NCBI GenBank assembly: GCA_044357185.1
Contig: JBIKPY010000006.1
Coordinates: 4,086-68,085, forward strand
From: Polaromonas sp.
GTDB lineage: Bacteria; Pseudomonadota; Gammaproteobacteria; Burkholderiales; Burkholderiaceae_C
Reading direction: 5' to 3'
DNA: 64,000 bases
The translations under genes and the position numbers were made by a program. Each line of letters starts with the position of its first letter. Within the stretch, counting starts at the first letter, position 1. Under the pieces are notes generated by a model. It made no database searches. It saw only the letters and a list, made by a program, of their open reading frames with translations, and was not told where the DNA came from. Positions 10,412 through 20,090 of this stretch are shown here, piece by piece.

Positions 10412-10451
10412 CTGATCAAGCCAGCGCCCGTCAAGCCTAAGGCTTAGTACA

Positions 10452-11828
10452 TCAAGCCCCCAGAAGCGACAAGTCCACCTGCGGCGCGTCAAAGATCTGC
10501 TGGATCATGGCCAGCATGGCTTGGGCGCGCGGCCTGGCCAGGCCGCCGTGCTGGCAGTTGGCAAAGAACTTGGTTTGCAGATCGGCGTCGCTCAGCGGAT
10601 GGTCTGCGCCGCCCTTGAAGTAGCCCTGCCGCGCCTCCATCACGCTGCCGTTTTGTAGGGTGACGCGCAGGTGGCCTGTGAACTGTTTGGGGTAGGGGTT
10701 AGCAGGGTCGACCACGTAGCGCACCTTGGCGGCCAGCGCGCGCAGGTCGGCGCGTTGCACCATGGCTTCGGTGTATTCGCCCAGGCCGGCGTTATCTTGC
10801 AGCAGGCCGGCGGCAATCGCGTAGGGAATGCTGAACTTGGCGGAATAAGCATTCGGCGGCGACTGCTTGAGTGCCAGCGGCTCCCACAGGCGGTGAACAA
10901 TGCCTTCGGCGGTTTCGCACTCAATCTGCGCGATGTCAGCCGGCACCAGCCCCTGGCGCAGCAAGTCGCGGGCGCAGTCAATGTAAGGGTGGGCCATGGT
11001 GCCACAGGCGTAAGGCTTGAATGCAATCGTGGTCCAGATCCACTGGCTGCCTACGCCCTTGAGCATGGCTTCGAAGTCGCCGCTGTGGGTATTGGCAAAG
11101 CCATGAAACAAACCGTGCTCCCCTTCAAACACCGTGGCCGGGCCCTTGAAGCCGGCTTGCGCTAGGCGCACGGCGCGGTAGCCTGATTGCGCTGCCCAGC
11201 CGGGGTGCATGCGCTTGGTCCAGGCGCCGTCGGCCAGGTATTCGATGATGCCCGAGGCCATGCTGCCGGCGATGCCGAAGGCGTCCACCAGCTCGTCTTC
11301 GCTCAGGCGCAAGGCTGCGCCCAGGCCGGCCACGGCGCCCATCACACCAAAGATGGCAGTCGGGTGAAAGCCGGCTTTGTGCACTTTGGTGGGCGCCACG
11401 GCGCACAGGCGGCACATGACTTCAGAGCCCACCGCGATGCCACGCAACAAGTCGGCGCCCGACAGCTTGTGGCGCTGGGCGGCAGCCAGCAAAGCCGGCA
11501 CGATGACCACGCCGGCATGCACCGGCCCGCCTTCGTAGGTGTCGTCAAAGTCTTCGCCGTGCGCAGCAATGCCGTTGACAAAAGCAGCGGCTTCCACGCC
11601 GCAGGTCTGGGCAAAGCCGATCACGTTGCAAGGCCCGTCTTGCTCTACCGAGGCCAGTGCGGCCAGCACATAGTTTTCATGGCGGGCGGCGATGCAAATG
11701 CCGGCCACGTCCATCAGCAAGCGTTGGCCGATGGCTCGCGCGGCGGGCGAGCTTTCGGGGCGGGCGGTGACGATGGCTTGCGCCAGGCGACGCGAGACGG
11801 TCTGGCTTGGGGCGGTGGATGTGCTCAT
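10452..11828 (-). CDS. MmgE/PrpD-family protein
   Basis: AAFVNGIAAHGEDFDD, HAG, GFHPT, KRMHPGWAA, FKPYACG, AKFSIPY. Confidence 0.92.
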   Translation of the reverse strand: MSTSTAPSQTVSRRLAQAIVTARPESSPAARAIGQRLLMDVAGICIAARHENYVLAALASVEQDGPCNVIGFAQTCGVEAAAFVNGIAAHGEDFDDTYEGGPVHAGVVIVPALLAAAQRHKLSGADLLRGIAVGSEVMCRLCAVAPTKVHKAGFHPTAIFGVMGAVAGLGAALRLSEDELVDAFGIAGSMASGIIEYLADGAWTKRMHPGWAAQSGYRAVRLAQAGFKGPATVFEGEHGLFHGFANTHSGDFEAMLKGVGSQWIWTTIAFKPYACGTMAHPYIDCARDLLRQGLVPADIAQIECETAEGIVHRLWEPLALKQSPPNAYSAKFSIPYAIAAGLLQDNAGLGEYTEAMVQRADLRALAAKVRYVVDPANPYPKQFTGHLRVTLQNGSVMEARQGYFKGGADHPLSDADLQTKFFANCQHGGLARPRAQAMLAMIQQIFDAPQVDLSLLGA

Positions 11829-12021
11829 TGGGCTGCCTTGAAGCCGTTGGATGGTTTGCGGCTGCTTTTCAGGGTGCTGGCGGCGGCAGGGTGCTGGCCG
11901 ATTTCAAAAACGCTTGGTGGCATGGTGTGTTGGGGGGTGTTCAGGTGGAAAGTGCTGCGAGGTATGGGCACGCAACAAGGTGCGCCGCTGCACTTTACTT
12001 GATTTGTGCCTGGCGCTGCGC

Positions 12022-13554
12022 TCAAGCGCCTTTCAAACCCCGCCGGTACTGCACCGCCTCGCCCACATGGCCGGTTTGCACCTGCGCTGCGCCGGCCAGG
12101 TCGGCCACGGTGCGGGCGACTTTGAGGCAGCGGTGAATGCTGCGGCCCGACCAGCCCAGTTTGCCGGCGGCCAGGTTCAAAAACTTGGCAGCTTCGGGCG
12201 CCAGGGCGCATTGCGCGTCGATGGCCTGGCCTTGCAGTGCCTGGTTGGCGCTGCCCTGGCGGCTGAAGGCGCGCTCACGCGCGGCGACTACGCGGGCGCG
12301 GATGCTGGCGCTGCTTTCGCCCGGCGGCGCGTTGACCAGTTCATGCGCGGCCAACGCGCCCACTTCCACGTGAAGGTCAATGCGGTCCAGCAGCGGGCCG
12401 CTGAGCCGGCCCTGGTAGCGCGACACCTGCTCGGGCGAGCAGCGGCAGGCGCGCAGGCTCGAGCCCAGGTAGCCGCAGGGGCAGGGGTTCATGGCGGCAA
12501 TCAGTTGAAAGCGCGCCGGAAACTCGGCCCGCTGCGCCGCGCGCGAGATGGTGATACTGCCCGACTCCAGCGGTTCGCGCAGAGCTTCAAGGGCGCCGCG
12601 TGGAAACTCGGGCAGCTCGTCGAGAAAAAGCACGCCACCGTGCGCCAGCGAGATTTCACCGGGCCGCGGTGGCGAGCCGCCGCCCACCAGCGCCACGGCA
12701 CTGGCCGTGTGGTGCGGCGCGCAGGTCGGTCGCACGGCCCACCGGTCGATTGAAAAGCGCCCGCCCAGCGAGGCAATGGCCGCGCTTTCCAGGGCTTCTT
12801 GCGTGCTCATGGCGGGCAGCAGGCCGGCAAAGCGCTGCGCCAGCATGGACTTACCCGAGCCCGGCGAGCCCGCCAAGAGCAGCGAATGGCCGCCGGCCGC
12901 CGCAATCTCCAATGCACGCTTGGCCGCGGCCTGGCCTTTGACGTCGGCCAGGTCCGGGTAGTGGGCCTGGCCCGGCCGGCTGCCGTTGAGTGCGCGGGCC
13001 CAGCCTTGGCTTTCGGGCGGGGCTTCGTCGCCGGGCAAAAACTGTTGCACCACGTCCAGCAGGTGGCGGGCGCGGTAGATGCGCACGTCGGGCACCAGCG
13101 CCGCTTCTTGTGCGCTGCCTTCGGGTAGCACCAGTTGCGACAAAGCCGCGCCGGGGCTGCCCGGCAGGGCCAGACTCATGGCCAGCGCACCACGCACCGG
13201 CCGCAGGTCGCCGCCCAGCGAGAGCTCGCCCGCAAACTCGAAGCCCGCCAGCTTGGCGCCGTCAATCTGGGCGCTGGCCGCCAGAATGCCCAGCGCGATC
13301 GGCAGGTCAAAACGCCCCGAGTCCTTGGGCAGGTCGGCCGGCGCCAGGTTGACGGTGATGCGTTTGTTGCCCGGAAACTCCAGCCCGCTGTTCTGGATGG
13401 CCGAGCGCACCCGCTCGCGGGCTTCCTTGACTTCGGTCTCTGCCAGCCCGACCAGGGTGAAGCTGGGCAGACCGTTGGCCAGATGAACTTCCACCGTGAC
13501 CGGTTTGGCCTGCAGACCGAGCAGCGTCCGGCTATGCACTAAAGATAAGCTCAT
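12022..13554 (-). CDS. comM: ComM/YifB Mg-chelatase-like AAA+ ATPase
   Basis: VEVHLANGLPSF, NLAPADLPKDSGRFDL, GSPGSGKS (Walker A), PGEISLAHGGVLFLDELPEF, AMNPCPCG. Confidence 0.95.
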   Translation of the reverse strand: MSLSLVHSRTLLGLQAKPVTVEVHLANGLPSFTLVGLAETEVKEARERVRSAIQNSGLEFPGNKRITVNLAPADLPKDSGRFDLPIALGILAASAQIDGAKLAGFEFAGELSLGGDLRPVRGALAMSLALPGSPGAALSQLVLPEGSAQEAALVPDVRIYRARHLLDVVQQFLPGDEAPPESQGWARALNGSRPGQAHYPDLADVKGQAAAKRALEIAAAGGHSLLLAGSPGSGKSMLAQRFAGLLPAMSTQEALESAAIASLGGRFSIDRWAVRPTCAPHHTASAVALVGGGSPPRPGEISLAHGGVLFLDELPEFPRGALEALREPLESGSITISRAAQRAEFPARFQLIAAMNPCPCGYLGSSLRACRCSPEQVSRYQGRLSGPLLDRIDLHVEVGALAAHELVNAPPGESSASIRARVVAARERAFSRQGSANQALQGQAIDAQCALAPEAAKFLNLAAGKLGWSGRSIHRCLKVARTVADLAGAAQVQTGHVGEAVQYRRGLKGA

Positions 13555-13575
13555 GATGAAACCCGTCCCGGTTGA

Positions 13576-13617
13576 CGCACCATCTCGGCGCGCGCTTGTG
13601 CGCACGATTTTGGTGCG
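13576..13617. promoter_or_regulatory. Two NtrC-like enhancer sites
   Basis: cGCACCATCTCGGCGCg (13576-13592) and cGCACGATTTTGGTGCg (13601-13617) resemble TGCACCA-N3-TGGTGCA; about 80-120 bp upstream of a sigma54 promoter. Confidence 0.8.
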
Positions 13618-13696
13618 CCGCTTCAAAGAGTTATTTAGTATGCACTTTTTGTGCCGGATTCGCTATTTTTATAAGTACAAGGAGGCTGTGTGGAGG

Positions 13697-13712
13697 TGGC
13701 ATGTTCTGTGCA
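13697..13712 (+). promoter_or_regulatory. sigma54 (-24/-12) promoter of glnK-amtB
   Basis: TGGCATGTTCTGTGCA = GG-N10-GC. Confidence 0.85.
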
Positions 13713-13731
13713 TTATGGAAACCGGAACTAA

Positions 13732-14127
<396 letters not shown>

Positions 14128-14160
14128 GCCTCAGCCTCCATCCTCATAGAGAACACTGAC

Positions 14161-15702
14161 ATGAAAAAACTACTTGCTAGCCTCGCCCTCGGGTTGAGTT
14201 TGTTGACTTCCGGCGCCGTCATGGCGCAAGCCCCGGCTGCCGCCCCGGCTGTTGCTGCACCGGCTGAAGCCAAAGCGGCTGACGCTGCTGCGCCGGCCGC
14301 TGCCGCTGCCGCCCCGGCCGCAGCGACCCCTGCTGCTGCACCGGCCGCGCCTGCCGCGCCAGTTCTGGTACCCAACAAGGGTGACACCGGCTGGATGATG
14401 GTTTCCACCATTTTGGTCATCCTCATGACCATTCCCGGCCTGGCTCTTTTCTACGGCGGCCTGGTGCGCAGCAAAAACATGCTGTCCGTGCTGATGCAGG
14501 TCATGGTCACGTTCTCGATGATCGTGGTGCTGTGGTTCATCTACGGTTACAGCCTGGCCTTCACCGAGGGCAATGCCTTCTTTGGCGGCTTTGACCGCTT
14601 GATGATGGCCGGTGTCTGGGACAACGCGGCGGGCACTTTCGCCAATGCCGCCACTTTCAGCAAGGGCGTGGTCATTCCTGAGATCGTGTTCGCCGCCTTC
14701 CAGGCCACGTTTGCAGGTATCACTTGCGCACTGATCGTCGGCGCTTTTGCGGAGCGCATGAAGTTCTCCGCCGTATTGATGTTCATGGTGATCTGGTTCA
14801 CCTTCAGCTACGCACCGATCGCTCACATGGTCTGGTTCTGGATGGGCCCTGACGCTTACACGGGCAAAGAAGTGGTGGATGCCATGAACGCCAAAGCCGG
14901 CTACATCTGGCAGTCGGGCGCGCTGGACTTTGCCGGTGGCACCGTCGTGCACATCAACGCCGCTGTGGCCGGTCTGGTCGGTGCTTACATGCTGGGCAAG
15001 CGCATTGGTTACGGCAAAGAAGCCATGGCCCCTCATAGCCTGACACTGACCATGGTCGGCTCTGCCCTGCTGTGGGTGGGCTGGTTCGGTTTCAACGCCG
15101 GCTCTGCACTTGAAGCCAACGGTTTCGCTGCACTGGCCTTCATCAATACCCTGGGTGCCACGGCTGCGGCTGTGCTGGCCTGGTGCGTCGGTGAAGCGCT
15201 GATGCGCGGCAAGGCTTCCATGCTGGGCGCAGCCTCGGGTGCGGTCGCCGGCCTGGTGGCCATCACACCGGCAGCGGGCAACGTCGGCATCGGCGGCGGT
15301 CTGATCATCGGTTTCATTGCAGGTTTCGCCTGCCTCTGGGGTGTCAATGGTCTGAAGAAAATGCTGGGTGCGGATGACTCGCTGGACGTCTTCGGCGTGC
15401 ACGGCATCGGCGGTATCCTGGGCGCGCTGCTCACCGGCGTGTTCAATTCGCCAAGCCTGGGCGGCCCCGGCTACGTGGCCGACTGGGTCACAGCCACCGT
15501 TGTCACCGCGGCTGATTACTCGATCGCAGCACAGGTCTGGACGCAAGCCAAGGCGGTGTTCATCACAGTCATCTGGTCAGGTGTGGTGTCCTTCATTGCC
15601 TACAAAATTGTGGACCTGACCATTGGATTACGCGTGTCTGAAGAAGACGAGCGCGAAGGCCTGGACATCACTTCCCACGGCGAGACAGCCTACAACCGGT
15701 GA
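14161..15702 (+). CDS. amtB: Ammonium transporter with signal peptide and Ala/Pro-rich N-terminal linker
   Basis: LFYGGLVRSKN, LDFAGGTVVHINA, GWFGFNAGS, DDSLDVFGVHG, GLDITSHGE. Confidence 0.97.
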   Translation: MKKLLASLALGLSLLTSGAVMAQAPAAAPAVAAPAEAKAADAAAPAAAAAAPAAATPAAAPAAPAAPVLVPNKGDTGWMMVSTILVILMTIPGLALFYGGLVRSKNMLSVLMQVMVTFSMIVVLWFIYGYSLAFTEGNAFFGGFDRLMMAGVWDNAAGTFANAATFSKGVVIPEIVFAAFQATFAGITCALIVGAFAERMKFSAVLMFMVIWFTFSYAPIAHMVWFWMGPDAYTGKEVVDAMNAKAGYIWQSGALDFAGGTVVHINAAVAGLVGAYMLGKRIGYGKEAMAPHSLTLTMVGSALLWVGWFGFNAGSALEANGFAALAFINTLGATAAAVLAWCVGEALMRGKASMLGAASGAVAGLVAITPAAGNVGIGGGLIIGFIAGFACLWGVNGLKKMLGADDSLDVFGVHGIGGILGALLTGVFNSPSLGGPGYVADWVTATVVTAADYSIAAQVWTQAKAVFITVIWSGVVSFIAYKIVDLTIGLRVSEEDEREGLDITSHGETAYNR

Positions 15703-15777
15703 TTTTTTAAACCCTTTTTGGCCGGTACGCTTTGCGCGTTGCCGGTTGATGCAAGCGAGAGAGTCTTTTTGGATGTT

Positions 15778-15813
15778 CAGCCCGCCGGTGCAAACCGGCG
15801 GGCTGTTTTTTTT
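15778..15813 (+). terminator. Intrinsic terminator after amtB
   Basis: CAGCCCGCCGGT-gcaa-ACCGGCGGGCTG 12-bp stem followed by a T-run. Confidence 0.9.
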
Positions 15814-15830
15814 GCCGCTACAGTGCCTGC

Positions 15831-16766
15831 ATGACTTGGCACGCCGTAACACCTGCACCGAATGAGCTCGGTGAATCCCCTTTCTGGCACCCGCAGGAGG
15901 CGCGTCTTTACTGGATTGATATTCCTGGCCGCCTCTTGATGCGCATGGATGAGACCCAAAAGCAGATTGAAAGCTGGCCCCTGTCTGAAGAGCCCGGTTG
16001 CATAGCGCCGGCACGAGGCGGCGGGCTGGTGGTGGCGCTGCGCAGCGGCATTTACCGGGCGCCCGTGTGGGGCGGGGAACTTTCGCAGATTGTTCCCGCG
16101 CCTTACGACACGGCGACCATGCGCTTTAACGACGGCAAGGCCGACCCGCTGGGGCGTTTTTGGAGCGGCACAATTTTCGAGCCACGCAACGCCAATACGG
16201 CGCAACTCTGGTCGCTGGACTGCCGCGGACCGGCTCCGCTGCTGCAGAGCAAGGCCGGCGAAGCCACCACCGGCAACGGCCTGGCCTGGTCGCCCGATGC
16301 GCGCACGCTCTACTGGACAGACACCCCCGGCCACACCATCCGCGCCTGGGACTGGGACGCTCAGACCAACACCTTGAGCCGACCGCGCGTTTTTGCCAGC
16401 TGGCCGGGCAAGCCTGCGCAATGGCAGCCGGGCCTGCCGGGCAATGGCGGTTATGGCGGGCGACCAGACGGTGCGGCAGTCGATACAGACGGCAATTACT
16501 GGGTGGCCATGTTTGAAGGCGGGCGCGTGTTGCAACTGTCCCCTGGCGGCGAGCTGCTCGGGCAGTGGCCTGTGCCGGCGCTGTGTCCGACCATGCCCTG
16601 CTTTGGCGGTCATGATTTGAAAACGCTGTACGTCACCAGCGCCAGCCGCCAGCGTCCGGCTGCAGAGCTGGCGGCCCTGCCCGACTCAGGCTGCGTTTTT
16701 GCCATGCGCGTGGCGGTGCCGGGCTTAACGGTTCAGTTTTTTGATGGCGGTGATGCGCCGCACTGA
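15831..16766 (+). CDS. SMP-30/gluconolactonase/LRE-family protein
   Basis: LGESPFW, RFNDGKADPLGRFW, GNGLAW, PDGAAVD, FGGHDLKTLYVTSA. Confidence 0.92.
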   Translation: MTWHAVTPAPNELGESPFWHPQEARLYWIDIPGRLLMRMDETQKQIESWPLSEEPGCIAPARGGGLVVALRSGIYRAPVWGGELSQIVPAPYDTATMRFNDGKADPLGRFWSGTIFEPRNANTAQLWSLDCRGPAPLLQSKAGEATTGNGLAWSPDARTLYWTDTPGHTIRAWDWDAQTNTLSRPRVFASWPGKPAQWQPGLPGNGGYGGRPDGAAVDTDGNYWVAMFEGGRVLQLSPGGELLGQWPVPALCPTMPCFGGHDLKTLYVTSASRQRPAAELAALPDSGCVFAMRVAVPGLTVQFFDGGDAPH

Positions 16767-16849
16767 GAGCGCAGCCGCTTCAATCTTCACACAAGCGCTG
16801 TTCAAAAAATTCAAAACCTATGCGCCCCCCGGCGCGTACCATCGGGGTC

Positions 16850-18046
16850 ATGGCAACAGATAACGCTTTCGGCGCCGACCTGACGGAGCAACTGCGCGCC
16901 CAAGTGCAACAGGCCTTGGCCGCCGGCACGCGCTTGCGCTTGCGCGGCGGCGGCAGCAAAGACTTTTACGGGGAAACTTTGAACGGTGCGCTGCTGGAAA
17001 TGCGTGGCCACCACGGCGTTGTCAGTTACGAGCCCAGCGAGCTGGTGGTGACGGCGCGTACCGGCACGCCGCTGACCGAACTCGAAGCGCTGTTGGCCAG
17101 CCAGGGCCAGTGCCTGGCCTTTGAGCCGCCGCATTTCGGCCCGGGCGCCACGGTGGGCGGCATGGTGGCCAGCGGTCTGAGCGGCCCGGCCCGCGCCAGC
17201 GTGGGCGCGCTGCGCGATTTCATTCTGGGCGTCAAGATCATCAACGGCCGCGGCGAAGCACTGACCTTTGGTGGCCAGGTCATGAAAAATGTCGCCGGCT
17301 ATGACGTCTCGCGCCTGATGGCGGGCTCCTTGGGCACGCTGGGCGTGTTGCTGGAGGTCTCGCTCAAAGTCTTGCCGGTGGCCCCCGCCCAAGCCACGCT
17401 CTGGCTGACCGGTGTGGGCCAACAGCAGGCGCTGGATTTGCTCAACCGCTGGGGCGGCCAAGCACTGCCCTTGAATGCCAGTTGCTGGGTGCACGAAAGC
17501 ACTGAGCTGCCGTCGCGCGACGCGTTGTTTGTGCGCTTGCGCGGCGCAGTGGCCGCTGTCGAGGCCGCCTGCCCCCGCTTGTCAGCTGACGCGCTTGCGC
17601 TGGGCGCGCAGGTGCAGCGCATGGACGCTGCGCAAGCAGGCGCCGACTGGAACGCCTGTCGCGAACACATGTTGCCGTTTTTCAAAGCGCCGCCGCCCGC
17701 TTTGCAAGCGCTTCACACCGAGCTGTGCCTGTGGCGGCTGAGCGTGCCGCAGACCACGCCGGCGCTGGCGTTGCCAGCCGTGGTGTCCTCGCCCCTGATC
17801 GAATGGCACGGTGGTTTACGCTGGGTCTGGGCGCCAGCCAGTGCGGCCGCGCTGCTGCGTAACGCGGCGCAAAAAGCAGGCGGTCATGCAACCCTGTTTC
17901 GCGCCAGTGCATCGCGCGGCGACGCGGACAAAGCGGGCGGCGTGTTCACCCCGCTGTCGCCGGTGCAGCAAGGCATTCAGCGCGAGCTGCAAAAGCAGTT
18001 TGATCCGGCCGGCATTTTCGCCACCGGCCGGCTGGGTGCCGGCTAA
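16850..18046 (+). CDS. glcE: Glycolate oxidase FAD-binding subunit (alternative start 16820)
   Basis: YEPSELVVTARTGTPL, FEPPHFG, GGQVMKNVAGYDVSRLMAGSLG, FDPAGIF. Confidence 0.93.
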   Translation: MATDNAFGADLTEQLRAQVQQALAAGTRLRLRGGGSKDFYGETLNGALLEMRGHHGVVSYEPSELVVTARTGTPLTELEALLASQGQCLAFEPPHFGPGATVGGMVASGLSGPARASVGALRDFILGVKIINGRGEALTFGGQVMKNVAGYDVSRLMAGSLGTLGVLLEVSLKVLPVAPAQATLWLTGVGQQQALDLLNRWGGQALPLNASCWVHESTELPSRDALFVRLRGAVAAVEAACPRLSADALALGAQVQRMDAAQAGADWNACREHMLPFFKAPPPALQALHTELCLWRLSVPQTTPALALPAVVSSPLIEWHGGLRWVWAPASAAALLRNAAQKAGGHATLFRASASRGDADKAGGVFTPLSPVQQGIQRELQKQFDPAGIFATGRLGAG

Positions 18047-18051
18047 GCGAT

Positions 18052-18822
18052 ATGCGCCGCTTGCTCCACCTGACCGGACAGCACCGCACGGCCAGTACCA
18101 ACCGGCTGCTGGGAGCCCTGCTGGCCTTTAATGCGGGCGCCATCAACGCCGGCGGTTTTCTGGTGGTGGGCATGTACACCTCGCACATGACCGGCTTTGC
18201 CTCGATGATTTCCGACATGCTGGTGCTGGGCAGCTTCACGGTCGCTATCGGTGCGACGGGTGCCTTGCTGGCCTTTGTGGCCGGTGCTGCGTGCACGGCG
18301 GTGTTGGTCAACTGGGCCAGGCAAAACCACTTGCGCAGTGAATACGCCCTGCCCTTGCTGCTGGAGGCCGGCTTGCTGCTGGTGTTCGGTTTGCTGGGCG
18401 CTACGCTCAACCGGCAAACGCCTTTTGCCGTGCCGCTGACGGTGCTGGTACTGGCCTTCACCATGGGCTTGCAAAATGCGCTGGTGAGCAAAATATCGGC
18501 CTCGCAGATTCGCACCACGCACATGACCGGCGTCATCACCGACATGGGCATTGAGCTGGGCAAGCTGTTTTACTGGAACCAGGGCGCCCGCCCGCCGGAG
18601 TTACAGGTGCGGGCCAACCGCATCAAATTACGCCTGTATGCCATGCTCCTGGGGGCGTTCATGGCGGGGGGCGTGGTGGGCGCTGCCGGCTTCAAGTACC
18701 TGGGCTTTGTGTGGGTGCTGCCCATGGCCGGTTTGCTGCTGCTCATGTCATTGCCGCCTTTGTGGTCTGACTGCTTGCGCTACCGGCGACGCCACAGCAT
18801 GGTCCTACCCTTTTACCGCTGA
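18052..18822 (+). CDS. YoaK/DUF1275-family membrane protein
   Basis: AGAINA, YTSHMTG, MGLQNA, IRTTHMTG; multiple hydrophobic segments. Confidence 0.88.
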   Translation: MRRLLHLTGQHRTASTNRLLGALLAFNAGAINAGGFLVVGMYTSHMTGFASMISDMLVLGSFTVAIGATGALLAFVAGAACTAVLVNWARQNHLRSEYALPLLLEAGLLLVFGLLGATLNRQTPFAVPLTVLVLAFTMGLQNALVSKISASQIRTTHMTGVITDMGIELGKLFYWNQGARPPELQVRANRIKLRLYAMLLGAFMAGGVVGAAGFKYLGFVWVLPMAGLLLLMSLPPLWSDCLRYRRRHSMVLPFYR

Positions 18823-18832
18823 GAGCTTTTTC

Positions 18833-20068
18833 ATGCAAACCCATCTCGCACCCGAATTCCAAGGCACGGCCGACGGCCTGGCTGCCGAAGCTATTTTGCG
18901 CAAGTGCGTGCACTGCGGTTTTTGCACTGCCACCTGCCCGACTTACCAGCTTCTGGGCGACGAGCTCGACGGCCCGCGCGGACGCATTTACCTTATCAAG
19001 CAAGTGCTCGAAGGTCAGACGCCCACGCGCAAGACGCAACAGCATCTGGACCGCTGCCTGACCTGCCGCAACTGCGAAAGCACCTGCCCCAGCGGCGTGG
19101 ACTACGGCCACCTGGTGGACATCGGCCGCAAGCTGGTGGACGAACGCGTGGCACGCCCCGCCGCTGAAAAAGCCCTGCGCTGGGCACTCAAAGAGGGCTT
19201 GCCTTCGCCTTTGTTTGCGCCGGCCATGAAGCTCGGCCAGGCCGTGCGTGGACTGTTGCCCGCCAGCCTGAAGAACAAGGTGCCGGCCGCGCAAGACGCC
19301 GGTGTGTGGCCTACGCGCACGCATGCGCGCAAGGTGCTGATGCTGGCGGGTTGCGTGCAGCCGGCCATGCAACCGAACATCAACAGTGCCACCGCGCGCG
19401 TGCTGGACGCTGCCGGCATCGAGGTGGTGCTGGCCGCCAAAGCAGCTTGCTGCGGTGCGGTGAAGTTCCACCTGAACGACCACGATGGCGCCAAGGCCGA
19501 GATGCGCCGCAACATTGACGCGTGGTGGCCGCTCATGCAAGACGGATCCGGGGTTGAGGCCTTGGTGATGAATGCCTCAGGCTGCGGCGTGATGGTCAAA
19601 GACTACGGCCATGCATTGCAGGGCGATCCCCTGTACGCAGCCAAAGCGCAGCGCGTGAGTGAACTCACACGCGACCTGAGCGAGCTGCTGCCCGACCTGG
19701 TGCCGGCGTTGCGGGCTCGCCTGCAAAGCGCACCGGCGCAGCAAATCACGTTTCACCCGCCCTGCACTTTGCAGCACGGCCAGCAACTGCGCGGCGGCGT
19801 TGAAAAGCACCTAGGCGATCTGGGCTTCAAGATCAATGTGGCCAGTTGCGAGGCCCACCTGTGCTGCGGCTCAGCCGGCACCTACTCGGTGTTGCAGCCT
19901 GAGCTGTCTTACGCGCTGCGTGACCGCAAACTGGCCAACCTGGCGCAGATGCAGCCGGACACCATCGTCTCAGCCAACATCGGCTGCATCACCCATTTGC
20001 AAAGCGGCACCGCCACGCCGGTGCGTCATTGGGTCGAGGTGCTGGACGAGGCGCTGAGCCAGGTCTGA
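18833..20068 (+). CDS. glcF: Glycolate oxidase Fe-S subunit
   Basis: ILRKCVHCGFCTATCP, CLTCRNCESTCP, two CCG domains. Confidence 0.96.
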   Translation: MQTHLAPEFQGTADGLAAEAILRKCVHCGFCTATCPTYQLLGDELDGPRGRIYLIKQVLEGQTPTRKTQQHLDRCLTCRNCESTCPSGVDYGHLVDIGRKLVDERVARPAAEKALRWALKEGLPSPLFAPAMKLGQAVRGLLPASLKNKVPAAQDAGVWPTRTHARKVLMLAGCVQPAMQPNINSATARVLDAAGIEVVLAAKAACCGAVKFHLNDHDGAKAEMRRNIDAWWPLMQDGSGVEALVMNASGCGVMVKDYGHALQGDPLYAAKAQRVSELTRDLSELLPDLVPALRARLQSAPAQQITFHPPCTLQHGQQLRGGVEKHLGDLGFKINVASCEAHLCCGSAGTYSVLQPELSYALRDRKLANLAQMQPDTIVSANIGCITHLQSGTATPVRHWVEVLDEALSQV

Positions 20069-20090
20069 ACTCCGCCTGAACTCAGCCTGG

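Noticed and set aside
14221-14360. Repetitive GCT/GCC/CCG-rich DNA at the start of amtB
   Set aside because: It encodes an ordinary Ala/Pro-rich linker after the signal peptide; it is not a CRISPR array or mobile repeat.
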